Shown: positions 12,917 through 46,000 of the stretch, in pieces
Layout: every line of letters starts with the position of its first letter
How positions within the stretch are numbered: position 1 is the first letter of the stretch
NCBI GenBank assembly: GCA_002269645.1
Contig: NIVC01000982.1
Location: forward strand, 1 to 64,000
DNA length: 64,000 nt
Source of the DNA: Macrostomum lignano
Lineage: Eukaryota
Reading direction: 5' to 3'
Made by a program: the position numbers and the translations under genes
Notes under the pieces: model-generated
Seen by the model: only the letters and a program-made list of their open reading frames with translations
What the model was told of the DNA's origin: nothing
The model's database searches: none

Positions 12917-15900
12917 AGTTGCCCCGGAAAGAGCTGAGATTGATAGATAATGAAAAATCAGTAGGAAAGAGAGAATGAGGCTGCGTGACCACCCACCCCA
13001 TTATCCTGTCTTTCCGTTGCATGGCAGCACGTAATTAAATGTGTCAAGTGTACAATTGATTCAATCGATTACTCGTTTATACGCAAAGCATCGAGAGAGT
13101 TTTTAATTGCATCCAAACTTTCTGACTAATGCATTCGTGTGTTCCAAAGAAGGAGACACTGATTCATAGGGTGTGTACATTGACAAATGCAATTACAGCA
13201 CGCAGGGTAGGGTTGGCTTTGGTAGACGCGCGGATTTGCTTGGTTCGCATTGTTCATATATGCGCATCGAAATTTTTTTCTTGCTAACTGCTTCTATGGG
13301 GATGTATAGATGGCGTAATCAGAGATAGGGCTTTGGTTGGGGGAGGCTGGGTCCGTGCTGTGAAAAGATCTGCTTGCTTCGTCAAAATGTACATTGGGAT
13401 TGAGAGAGAGGCCGGTCGAATTTCGTTGACAACTAGAAATGGAAAGGTTTGGTCAGAGAATAGGGGTGTATGTGTGTTTTGGCTTTATTCAAAATGGTCT
13501 GTGCTGCGAAGACGAGTCCATTGACCATTGGGTGTTTACTGTTTTGCCAATTCAGTATACTGAACCTGTTAAACTGATTGCCTCATGAGTCACTTTTCTG
13601 GGGTATGTGTAGGAGAGAGAGGCCTGAGAGAGACAAGGGCTCGATTTGGGTGGGTCCTCTGGCCCCATTCGTATTGGCTAATTTGGCGAATTGGCAAATC
13701 TACTTGCATGGGTTAAATTATTGAATATGGTCAGAGTTGAAGAATTTGGAGGATGAATCAAGATGTAAAGTTGGCAAAAACAACACTGATTCACCACATC
13801 TAAAAGATGACTGCTAGGGCTTCGGAAATAAGACTACTGTACACAGCAGCATCAACAAAAGGTATTAAATTGTCAATCAAAATCGACCCGTAGATGTGCT
13901 ATTTTGCATGGTTCACAGTGTTCATATGTGCATCGAAAAATTTTGTTTCTTGCTAACTGCTTCTATGGGGGAGGTGGATGACGTAATCAAGATAGGGTTT
14001 TGGTTGGAGGAGGCTCAATATATGAGTCTGTGCTGTGAAAATATCTGTTTGTACACTGAAACTGGAGAGGGAGGGTCGGAATTCCTTGACAGTTAGAAAT
14101 GGTAAGGTCAGAGAGACAGGGACGAGTGGTTCTGTTCTACATGGGTCTGTGCTGTGAAGACGAGTCTAATGAACATTGTGTGTTGGCTGTTTTGCCAATT
14201 CAGTAATATACTAAACCTGTCAAACTGATTGCCGCATGAGTCACTTTTCTCGGTGGGTGCAGAAGGAGAGAGAGAGAGAGGTCTGGGAGGGACAGTTTAA
14301 ATGTCAATCGAAATCAACGGGCCGCTTCGCCTACTGTATATGTTAAAATTATTATAGCTAGGTTTATAGCAAACTGTACGTTTTAACCCAATATTCAAGA
14401 ATAATCCCTTCCCTGACTTCTTGAGGGGTATTACACGTACAAAATACATACATTTGAATGATGAAACAGCATTAAGTTGTAAAAATTATGGTTTCTGCTG
14501 ATGAAGTGATTAATTTTGTTCAATAAAGTCAGCATTTTAACGTTAAAAAGAGTAAAAACTGTGAAAATTGACCTTTTTAAAACGAAAATGTGCAATTTCT
14601 AGTAATTTAGCTTTCAATGAAAATGTCTTGGGTGGAATTCCAACTTGGGCCGGGGTGTGCATATGGAGATCAGTGTGTGACTCATTCCTGCTCGAAAGCT
14701 GTCTCTTGCCAACTTTGAAATCAGCATTTGGACAAATTAGCGGTTGAAATTATGGCTTTTTGGGATGAAACTACTAAGTTTGACCAATACATTTCGCATT
14801 TTAACGTTAGAAAATAATAAAACTGTGAAAATTGTCATTTATTAAACGAAAGAATGAGCAATTCTAACAATTCAGCTTTAAAAAACCCTGGCTTCAGTGG
14901 AATATTGGACTGGCTCGGGTAATCCGTGTGCGTTATAATTCCTGCTCAAAGCTGTCTCAGAGTTCCAGAAGTAGCATTTGTGATAATTTTGTGTTAAAAT
15001 TGGTCAACTTCAACAGGTCAAGTTGAAAGCGATATTTGGACAAATTAGTTGCTGAAAGTATGGTTTCTAGTGATGAAACTACTGATTTTGATCAATAAAG
15101 TCTGCATTTTAACGAAAAAAATGCGTAAAAACTGTGAAAATTTGTGTTTTCTTATGAAAAAATGCTCATTTCTAGCAATTTAGTCTTCAACAGCCGTCTT
15201 TGGATGATTTTGGGCTAGCTTGTGTATGTTCGTGGGGGGTTCATTCCTGCTTAAAAGCTGTCTAAGGTCAAGTTGAAAGCGATATTTGGACAAATTAGTT
15301 GCTGAAAGTATGGTTTCTAGTGATGAAACTACTGATTTTGATCAATAAAGTCTGCATTTTAACGTAAAAAATGCATAAAAACTGTGAAAATTTGTATTTT
15401 CTTATGAAAAAAATGCGCATTTCTAGCAATTTAGGCTTCAATAGCCATGTCTTTGGATGATTTTGGGCTGGCTTGTGGATGTTTGTGTGGGGTTCATTCC
15501 TGCTTAAAAGCAGTCTAAGGTCAAGTTGAAAGCGACATTTGGACAAATTAGCTGTTGAAAGTATGGTTTCTAGTGATGAAACTACTGATTTTGATCAACA
15601 AAGTCTGCATTTTAAGGTTAAAATCGTAAAAAAACTGTAAAAGCTGCATTTTAATGAAAAAAATGTGCTTTTCTAGTCATTTAGCTTTTAAAATAACCAA
15701 ATTTCTTGTCTGAAATTCCAACTTTACTTTGTATGGAGAGGTCAGTGCATGATTCATTCCTGCTTCTAACAGATTAAACCGACCGTCTCAAAGACCAAGT
15801 CTGAAAGCTTGAAGTGAGAAGGTAGGGGATGCGGAGAGGCAGAATTGAATAGCCTCACGTATTTAAATATGTGGACTTCACTACTTCTAGTATAACGCAA

Positions 15901-17131
15901 GGGTGACTTATACAATTTACAAAGTTTAGAATCAAGTAAATCAGAATTGCATGCGGTGGAGACACTGATTCATAGGCTGTGTACATTTACAAATGCAGCT
16001 GGGGTTTGTCAATGCAGGTAGAGGTTGGCGGACTCGGATTTGCTCGCGGGGGTTGATGTGTGCATTAAAAGTTGGTTTCTTGCTAACTGGGGCGGCATGG
16101 ATGACGTAATCGGAGAAGAGAGGGGTTTTGAAGTTTAATATATGGTCTGTGCTGAGGAAAGATCTGTCTGTACACTGAAAATGGAGAGAGGGTCGAAATT
16201 CCTTGGCATTTAGAAGGGGGGGACAGAGAGAACAGGGGCGAGTGTTAAAATTTAGCTCGATTTGTTATGGGGTCTGCGCTGTGTCTGGTAAACATCGGAG
16301 GGGTGGCTGTTTTCGAACAGGGTTGAATTTGACTATGGTCCGAGTTAAAGGGTGATTCAACATTCAGTATAGGGGCTTCGAGGGGTGAGGATATACTAGA
16401 GGGAATGGCGATGAGGAGGTTGCTTCCAGCAGCCGCTCAATTCGCGGTGCAGGAGGGTTTGGTAGTACAGGCTATAATTAAGTCTCAACTTGCTGTTGTC
16501 TCCTTACTGTTTTTGCTCTCTTTTTCAATTATTGAAATGAAAATATACGCTTTTTCAATGTGAAAACTATATGAATACAGTCTTTTTCAATAGAATCTTG
16601 ATTTGTAACTCTACTAAAGGTAGTAGTGTAATCAGCTACATGTAGGTTTTGAATAATTGACATATAAATAGGAATATGTATATAACGTGGTTTGTAAAAC
16701 TTGAATGTTGACTCATTTGGATGAGATTGTACATGTAGTAGGGTTTCGAGTTGTAATTTTGGTGCGCGCGCGGGCCGTCTGGGGATGACACTGTAGATTA
16801 ATGTGAGTGTACATATAGAATTGGGGATAGACATGGACATTTGAGATAGGGATTAATGTACATGGAATTAATGTACATATCCAATTTGAGATAGATAGGG
16901 ATTAATGTACATGGGATTAATGTACATATCCAATTTGAGATATTTAGGGATTAATGTACATGGAATTAATGTACATATATGAGCACATGGATTATTACGA
17001 CTACATATTGCCATATCACGCTTAGGATAGCGTTTTTGTATACTACTTACTTCATTTTCAGATAGTAGTATAATTTGCGTTTTTTGCGTCAAAACATCTG
17101 AAAACCCTGCAGATTTGGCGCGATACGTAGT
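12917..17131 (-). repeat. Right arm of giant inverted repeat
   Basis: Reverse complement of left arm; the only differences noticed are three single-base homopolymer-length changes (not exhaustively aligned). Confidence 0.9.
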
Positions 17132-17637
17132 CGCACTCACTACTCACATTTCAGGTCACGTCTCATATTAAATAAATAAACAGACAGAAACAAACGAGTT
17201 GAATTATAGCTAATGCTCTGAAATACTGGCCCTAAACCTGGCCTTAACCTCTCGGTTAATTATTAAAACGGAATTAGTAAGTTAAGATTGATAAACTAGG
17301 AGATGCAGATGATCAAGGGGGGACCGGGGCTGACTATACCCAACGCCAGCCCAGCGCAACAGATAAAGAAATACCTTACAGACGCGACCGACGGGCAGGG
17401 CTGCTTGGCGCGGTGGTCGTCGGGTAGTCACGGCGGGCGGTTGCAGTCACGGACGATTAGTCCAGACGAGGCGCGTCGGGAGGTTAAAGCCAAGGGAAGT
17501 TACAGCTCAGCACGGTGGTTACAGCTCAGCGCCGAAAAGGGTGAAGGGGCTCCAAACGGTTTTTGCAGCTCCAAAGTGTCCGTACAGAAGGGGAAGAGGA
17601 AGGAAGCGGGAAGAGGGAAATGCTTGCCCCTTTGAGC

Positions 17638-17961
17638 TCAAAACAGCTCCCATGGAACGGTAGGCAGTCCAGGCAAGCCCGGCACGCAGAGCACGACGGT
17701 CTTCTGCGTGTTGACCACCAGGCCGACGCTCGCCACAACGCTTAACAGCCGGTCCAGCTGGCGCTATGCTCCCTCGACGGTCAAGAACAGCAGGGCGAGA
17801 TCGTCGGCGTAGCCATGCAAGCACGCTGAGACGCCTCTTCGGTTGGCGTCGACCCACGCGTCGCTACAGCAGGAAGCCGTCGTCTTTAGAAGGGAGAGCA
17901 TCACCCAGTCAAGCACCAGAACGAACAGGAACGGCGCAGGCGTGACGACCTGCTGGATCCC
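17638..17961 (-). pseudogene. Degenerate non-LTR retrotransposon reverse transcriptase fragment
   Basis: One minus-strand frame reads GIQQVVTPAPFLFVLVLDWVML...GYADDLALL...GA*RQLDRLL...GLVVNTQKT, i.e. RT motifs B', C (YADD at 17811-17800) and D. In-frame TAG at 17766-17764. Confidence 0.85.
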
Positions 17962-18628
17962 GTTTGCCGCTGCAGGTAGACAGCCGCCTGCTCAGACAGC
18001 ATAAAATTTTATATAAAATGAGAAAATTTAGGCAGCCGCAACTTACTATACAGTATTCACTGTTAATAATACCCTCGAACTATACGATATACGCACTGAA
18101 CTATATACGCAAGTAACAATTGATGTAAGAACTCAAAACACAAATTAAAACAATAAAAATCCTGCCTTACATGCGTGCCTCAAAAGCATCAATCGAATTA
18201 TCATATTTTGAATACACCATGTATACGAGCTACTTCGATAGATTGCGAGCTCGTATAAAATTGTATCTAGAGCACAAAATATATTCTGTGATCTAGAGCC
18301 CGATGAAACAGTGTTCGATGCCAAAAAAGCAACATAAAATTGACGCAAAACGAAGCAAAAATAATAGATCGACTTATCGAGTCAGTCGAATTAATTAGTA
18401 AAATTTTAAATAGACATACTTTTCAGAAAAAATAACTAGCTATAACAAACGCATAGATTGACAAGTGCTTGACTAAAGTGAAGAGAAACAAAAAAATTGG
18501 ACAAATTATGGCTGTCCAACTTTCGGGAATTTTTTCTCCTTCGGAGCAAATGACTGCATGCATTGTTCACCCCGGACGAAAAGTCAATGCGAATTGATTG
18601 TAACACATGGCGAGTATACATGTACGAT

Positions 18629-19323
18629 TGACTAACTTGAATTAGCTGCGGGGGCTCCGTGCCTCCGGAAACAGCAAGGAGGCGTTGCCGCCCATTTCGC
18701 TAACCCCTGGTGACCACGGGCAGCTGGTGCTGCGGTGTAGCGCAGGGAGTTCCGGTGGTGCCGGTGTCTGCAGCGCGGTCCCCCTCCGGAGAGTCCAGGA
18801 GGTGGATTGTCGCTCGCCCGGTAGCCCTTAGGTAGCGGACGAGCTGGCAGAGATTCTCGGGCCTGAAAACGTCGGAGAGGTCCGGGTTTGGGCCGTGGTA
18901 GGTGAGCCTGACCTGAGTAAAGGCGGGCATTCACAGATAAAGTGCTCCGCATTCTCGACACCGGAGAGGCAGAATGGGCAATCCTCGCTGCGCATTTTTC
19001 CCTGGAGGTGACGATGCCTGGCAAAACAGCCATGACCCGAGAGGGCCATGGTCACCGCCCTGATGTCCCTGCGGTTGAGTCCAAGCAGGGCCCTGCGCAG
19101 GGCGGAGGAAGCTAGACAGGGGGCAGCCGCGCGCGGGATTGTCGGCAGTCGAGGGCGTTAGCCCACCTCTCCCTGTGCTTAGAAGCCACCGTTACTCACT
19201 GGTTGATCCGAGTGGTGACAACGGCGATGGGGGTGGGGGCCACGGGCAGGGGACCAGTAAAAGAACCGGTCGAGCCAGCCTTGGCCAGGCGATCGGCCAT
19301 GCAGCTCGTTGCCGGGGTGGCCC
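18629..19323 (-). mobile_element. 5'-truncated LINE (RNase H tail plus C-terminal CCHC zinc knuckle; I/R1/LOA-like group)
   Basis: Minus strand reads GHPGNE/ADRLAKAGS (RNase H end), then ALSGHGCF...[25 protein letters not shown] with frameshifts. Flanked by 15-bp direct repeat GTATACATGTACGAT (18614-18628, 19324-19338). Confidence 0.85.
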
Positions 19324-20548
19324 GTATACATGTACGATATATATATGGCTTGCAAAAGCCAATTGATAATGTATTTAATAGGTCGGATATTTAAAGAAAA
19401 ACAACATGTAAATGGTGACACGTACATGTACATGTTGCAAATGAGGAATTCAATATGTATTGTTCATACTCGTACATATGTACATTACAGTATTACACAG
19501 TTGCATGGTCCTGGTTTTGGAGTTGATCTAATTTTCAAGTCCACCTTGTAGAAGAAGAAGAAGCCATCCGCATATGAAGAATTCGCAGATGAATAATTAG
19601 ACCACCCCTGCTATGCTGCACCACACCCTCTCTCTTGTCAAGCGAGTGAACACCTTTTTGTGTTCGATTTCAACAAAACTCACATTCTATTTCGGCAAGC
19701 TGATCATTTTCATCATTCTATTCACAGCTACCTCAACATTCGAATTCGGCAAGGACCAGTCAATTTCAGTAATCACCATTGAATGCAATATCAATAATCA
19801 CAAGCTATTCAGAGCGCATTTTGGTGATCTTACAATAAAATAATTCATTTTAATTGTACATTGTAATTAAATACAATAATTAATTCTTAATTATTATTTT
19901 ATTGGTGACAGTTTGACTTAACATGATTACATCCCCAGTAGCATTTTGTAACTTTGTTATATTGCTTGTTTGTTTTAATAGTACAATGTATACAAATTTA
20001 AAGTTACACTTTCGTAGAAAATAAGTCTTCGTGTGTTTTTCAATGAACCATGAACGCTTACGCAGGCCTACGGCTTATGCTACAAATGAAAGTCTAAGAC
20101 AATAAACAATTAGTGCAAGTACTAGGATTATTAAATACTGACTTATAAAAATGAAACGCGAATTTTTGCAGAAAAAAGTAGTCTAAAGGATAATATATTA
20201 GCTTATTTACCATCTTTTTTAGAGTTTCTCTATTGTTTTCTACTTTCCAAAACCCTTAGGCCTTACTCCATACGACCATAGCATAGTATTCTTTTTACTA
20301 TGAACTGAAGCATCATTAGTATTCTTTTTTTGGTAACTGATGCTGACAATTTGCACCCGTGAACCAAGGACTGAGTTTATGATTACCAATCAGAATGAAT
20401 TTTCTCACTTTCATTCCCTGGTTTAAAATAGTCAACTCAAAAGTCAAAGTTAACATTATGATCTGCTTTTCAATTTTCATAAAAAACAATAACTGAGCCA
20501 AAGTCACTTGTTATAGCTAATGTTATATTAAAGTGATTGCAAAAATCA

Positions 20549-40524
<19,976 letters not shown>

Positions 40525-40937
40525 ATTCTCATTTAATAAAAATCTTCGCTTATTTTATAATAAACTCTTGCATTCCTACTGATAGTAGCAACTCAGCTCT
40601 TCAGTAGTATCGGTGGCTTATTCATGTTAAAGTGCATCAATATGCAATACTTTAATGGATAGTTCAATTTCAAAATTTGTCTGCAATATGACTTCATCAG
40701 CAGTTGTGCAATAATTTTATTGTGTGATCAGAAATTACACAGCTTTGATCATATTTTTTGCTTTCCTTTTTTCAACATAGTCAAGCATTATTTTTTGTAT
40801 GATCTAATTTAGGGCATCTTTTTACACTACTACTATTACTATATAGTGTATATTACGAGCTATTTTGTGCAATGTAGAGTTTCTAGAATGTGGCTTTTTA
40901 TTGTAATTTTGTCTATCAAATATTTGTACTGGAGGTG

Positions 40938-41779
40938 GGAGTCATTAGCTCACTGAAGGGAATTGGGGCTGTGGGTCATTAGCTCACTGAGAGGAATTGG
41001 GGCTGTGGGTCATTAGCTCACTGAGGGGAATTAAGGCTGTGGGTCATTAGCTCACTGAGGGGAATTGGGGCTGTGGGTCATTAGCTCACTGAGAGGAATT
41101 GGGGCTGTGGGTCATTAGCTCACTGAGGGGAATTGGGGCTGTGGGTCATTAGCTCACTGAGGGGAATTGGGGCTGTGGGTCATTAGCTCACTGAGGGGAA
41201 TTGGGGCTGTGGGTCATTAGCTCACTGAGGGGAATTGGGGCTGTGGGTCATTAGCTCACTGAGGGGAATTGGGGCTGTGGGTCATTAGCTCACTGAGGGG
41301 AATTGGGGCTGTGGGTCATTAGCTCACTGAGGGGAATTGGGGCTGTGGGTCATTAGCTCACTGAGGGGAATTGGGGCTGTGGGTCATTAGCTCACTGAGG
41401 GGAATTGGGGCTGTGGGTCATTAGCTCACTGAGGGGAATTGGGGCTGTGGGTCATTAGCTCACTGAGGGGAATTGGGGCTGTGGGTCATTAGCTCACTGA
41501 GGGGAATTGGGGCTGTGGGTCATTAGCTCACTGAGGGGAATTGGGGCTGTGGGTCATTAGCTCACTGAGGGGAATTGGGGCTGTGGGTCATTAGCTCACT
41601 GAGGGGAATTGGGGCTGTGGGTCATTAGCTCACTGAGGGGAATTGGGGCTGTGGGTCATTAGCTCACTGAGGGGAATTGGGGCTGTGGGTCATTAGCTCA
41701 CTGAGGGGAATTGGGGCTGTGGGTCATTAGCTCACTGAGGGGAATTGGGGCTGTGGGTCATTAGCTCACTGAGGGGAAT
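40938..41779. repeat. Minisatellite, 34-bp unit GGGTCATTAGCTCACTGAGGGGAATTGGGGCTGT
   Basis: About 24 highly homogeneous units downstream of the GIT stop codon. Confidence 0.95.
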
Positions 41780-42454
41780 TGTTACAGTGAATTTGTTGCA
41801 CCATTTTTAATTGCTTTTTCTTGAGAGTGATTTTGCTAAACGCTGAAGTATTACTGTTGTATATTCAGTCAAGTCGGTGACTTGCTGCCAATAGAGAAAA
41901 ATGTAATTCTCAAAAAAATGGATGAGAATCTCTCTGATTGGATTGCATGATTTTTCTACAAATTTTATCACAATTCTGAGTGAGTTTCCCTTATAACTAT
42001 TTTTCTTACATATTAGTTAAAATAAATGGTTTTTTTGCACTGCTGCAATAATGAACCCGAATTATGATATTCTGTGATATTATCGTTATTATTCATACTT
42101 AATTTTTATTGTTAATTGCTTAAAATATTATCTAATCGCTCTGATACGAGTGTATTGGCATTATAAATATGATTTATTATTTGCTTTTGCAGATCAGTTT
42201 ATTATCGAGTAAATTCGAGCTATTGTGTTATGAGTTCATCTTTAGATGCTTGTGCAGCAAATATACTGAATATTGCTGATGCTCCTTATACACAATATTC
42301 AGAATGTCCTTTACTGCTTCATTTTTATGCTTCTACTTTAACTTCAATAGGAACTTAACATTGTATTAGGCCTAATGTTAGATCACTGCAAAGCATTCTA
42401 TAATTTTTTTGGATTTTTTTCTTGCCAGTTATCTTTTTGTCTTAGTGTCCTCCT

Positions 42455-42975
<521 letters not shown>

Positions 42976-43021
42976 CCATCTGTCAGTCAGCCTCACTGCT
43001 CCAACCCTCAGCTAACCAGTC

Positions 43022-46000
43022 ATGTCGCACCCCAGCGCGCCCAGCAACCAGCCAAATGTGCTGCACCTGCCGCAGCTGTCCATCACGGAGGAGAACTGGT
43101 CGGCCGGCTTGCAGTCGCTGCTGGATCATGTCCGGCCCACTTGGCAGCTTGCCAACTGCGGCCAGCGCCTGTTCACCGAGGGCATCACCAACAAGCTGGT
43201 CGCGCTGCACTATGGCGAGCGATTCCAATTCGGTGATGACGTCATCCTTATTCGAATCTACGGCGAGAAGACCGAACTGATAATTGACCGCCAGGCGGAG
43301 GTGCGCAACATGCGCCTGCTGCACTCGCACGGCTTCTGCAAGCCCGTCTACGCCACCTTCGCCAACGGCCTCTGCTACGGATACGTTCACGGAGATGTGA
43401 GTGACGCTGCAATCTCGAATGTACCTGGTAGGATAATGCGATTCTGGCTGCACCTCTGGCATAGTGGGGTAGAGTGAGGTTAGGCCACTGTGAAGCTCAT
43501 GAAGCTGTCCTAGAGACCTGTCACAGGGCAATCATAAAGCTGTCATAAAACTGTCAGAAATCTGTCAAAACAGTCATAAAGCCATCATAAAATTGTCAGA
43601 AAGATGCCATAAAACTGTCAGAAAGCTGTTATAAAACTGTCAGAAATCTGTCATATAACTGTCAGAAAGCTGTCATAAAACTGTCAGAAAGCTGTCATAT
43701 AACTGTCAGAAATCTGTCATAAAACTGTCAGAAAGCTGTCATAAAACTGTCAGAAAGCTGTCATAAAAATGTCAGAAAGCTGTCATAAAACTGACAAACT
43801 GTCAGGAAGCGGTCATAAAACTGTCAGAAAGCTGTCATAAAACTGTCATAAAACTGTCAGAAAGCTGTCAAAACTGTCAGGAAGCTGTCATAAAACTGTC
43901 AGAAATCTGTCAGAAATCTGTCATCAAACTGTCGGAAAGCTGTCATAAAACTGTCAGAAAGCTGTCATTAACTGTCAGGAAGCTGTCATAAAACTGTCAG
44001 AAAGCTGTCATCAAACTGTCAGAAAGCTGTCATAAAACTTTCAGAAAGCTGTCATAAAACTGTCAGAAAGCTGTCATAAAACTGCCAGGAAGCTGTCATA
44101 AAACTGTCTGAAAGCTGTCAGAAAGCTGTCATAAAACTGTCAGTAAGCTGTCATAACACTGTCAGAAAGCTGTCATCAAACCGTCAGGAAGCTGTCATAA
44201 AACTGTCATAAAACTGTCAGAAAGCTGCCAAAACTGTCTGGAAGCTGTCATAAAACTGTCTGAAAGCTGTCAGAAATCTGTCATCAAACTGTCGGAAAGC
44301 TGTCATAAAACTGTCAGAAAGCTGTCATTAACTGTCAGGAAGCTGTCATAAAACTGTCAGAAAGCTGTCATAAAATTGTCTAAAACTGTCATAAAACTGT
44401 CAGAAAGCTGTCATAAAACTGTCTGAAACTGTCATAAAACTGTCTGAAACTGTCATAAAACTGTCAAAAAGCTGCCATAAAACTGTCAGAAAGCTGTCAT
44501 AAAACTGTCAGAAAGCCGTCAAAACAGTCATAAAGCCATCATAAAATTGTCAGAAAGCTGCCATAAAACTGTCAGAAAGCTGTTATAAAACTGTCAGAAA
44601 TCTGTCATATAACTGTCAGAAAGCTGCCATAAAACTGTCAGGAAGCGGTCATAAAACTGTCAGAAAGCTGTCATAAAACCGTCAGGAAGCTGTCAAAACT
44701 GTCAGAAAGCTGTCATAAAACTGCCAGGAAGCTGTCATAAAACTGTCAGAAAGCTGTCAGAAAGCTGTCATAAAACTGTCAGGAAGCTGTCATAACACTG
44801 TCAGAAAGCTGTCATAAAACTGTCAGAAAGCTGTCATAAAACTGTCTAAAACTGTCATAAAACTGTCAGAAAGCTGTCATAAAACTGTCTGAAACTGTCA
44901 TAAAACTGTCAGAAAGCTGTCATAAAACTGTCTGAAACTGTCATAAAACTGTCAAAAAGCTGTCATAAAACTGTCAGAAAGCTGTCATAAAACTGTCTGA
45001 AACTGTCATAAAACTGTTAAAAAGCTGTCAAAAAAATGTCAAAAAGCTGTCATAAAACTGTCAGAAAGCTGTCATAAAACTGTCTGAAACTGTCATAAAA
45101 CTGTCAGAAAGCTGTCATAAAACTGTCAGAAAGCTGTCATAAAACTGTCTGAAACTGTCATAAAACTGTCAAAAAGCTGTCATAAAACTGTCAAAAAGCT
45201 GTCATGAAACTGTCAGAAAGCTGTCATTAACTGTCAGAAAGCTGTCATAAACCTGTCTGAAACTGTCAAAAAATTATTGAGAATCTCACCCCAACCCGCA
45301 TGCAGGTGGCAGACGAGGAGCTGGTCCGGGAGCCCACCTTTGGCCGCCTGGTTGCCCGAGAGCTGGCCAGCCTGCACTGCCTGCAGGTGCCATCAGCCGA
45401 CGGCGAATCCGCCGCCCCTCAGCCGATGGTCTTCGCCACCATGCGCCGCTTCCTGGAGCTCGGCCCGGACGAATTCCCCGAGCCGGACAGGCAGGCCCGG
45501 TTCCGCGCTGCCCTGCCGGACAAGGCGGCTCTCCGCGCCGAGGTGGCCGACCTCGAGGCTCACCTGGTGCCGCTGGCCTGTCCTGTGGTGTTCAGCCACA
45601 ACGACACCTTGATTAAGAATTTCGTCTACGACCGGCGGGAACAGAGGGTGTTTCTAATCGACTTCGAGTACTGCGCCCACAACTACCTGCCGTTCGACCT
45701 GGCCAATCATTTCAACGAATTTGCCGGGGTGGCGACCGTGGATCATTCCAGGTGTGCAGGTGGGGGGGGGGCAGGTTAGCTCAGCGGTGACTCGTCTATT
45801 TGTTGAGTAGTGTCTACCTGTCAGAGTAGTGTCTACCTGTCAGAGTAGTGTCTACCTGTCAGAGTAGTGTCTACTTGTCAGAGTAGTGTCTACCTGTCAG
45901 AGTAGTGTCTACCCATCAGAGTAGTGTCTACCTGTCAGAGTAGTGTCTACCCATCAGAGTAGTGTCTACCCGTCAGAGTAGTGTCTACCTGTCAGAGTAG

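Larger units (their letters stand above)
8061..17131. mobile_element. 9.07-kb palindromic element: 4.2-kb terminal inverted repeats, 640-bp spacer, 6-bp TSD (unclassified, Polinton-like TSD length)
   Basis: 8061-12276 is the reverse complement of 12917-17131; mirrored ORF pairs give coordinate sums of 25192-25193. Termini ACTACGTATCGCGCC...GGCGCGATACGTAGT. CGCACT is present at 8055-8060 and 17132-17137, exactly abutting both ends. Confidence 0.85.

Noticed and set aside
8040-17140. Mirrored ORF pairs in the palindrome arms as genes
   Set aside because: Short, AT-rich, with no recognisable domain; they are duplicated only because the arms are.
42983-43531. Antisense ORFs over ETNK, GIT exon 10, the RNF4-like gene and DEGS
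   Set aside because: Shadow ORFs caused by GC-rich codon usage on the opposite strand or in another frame.
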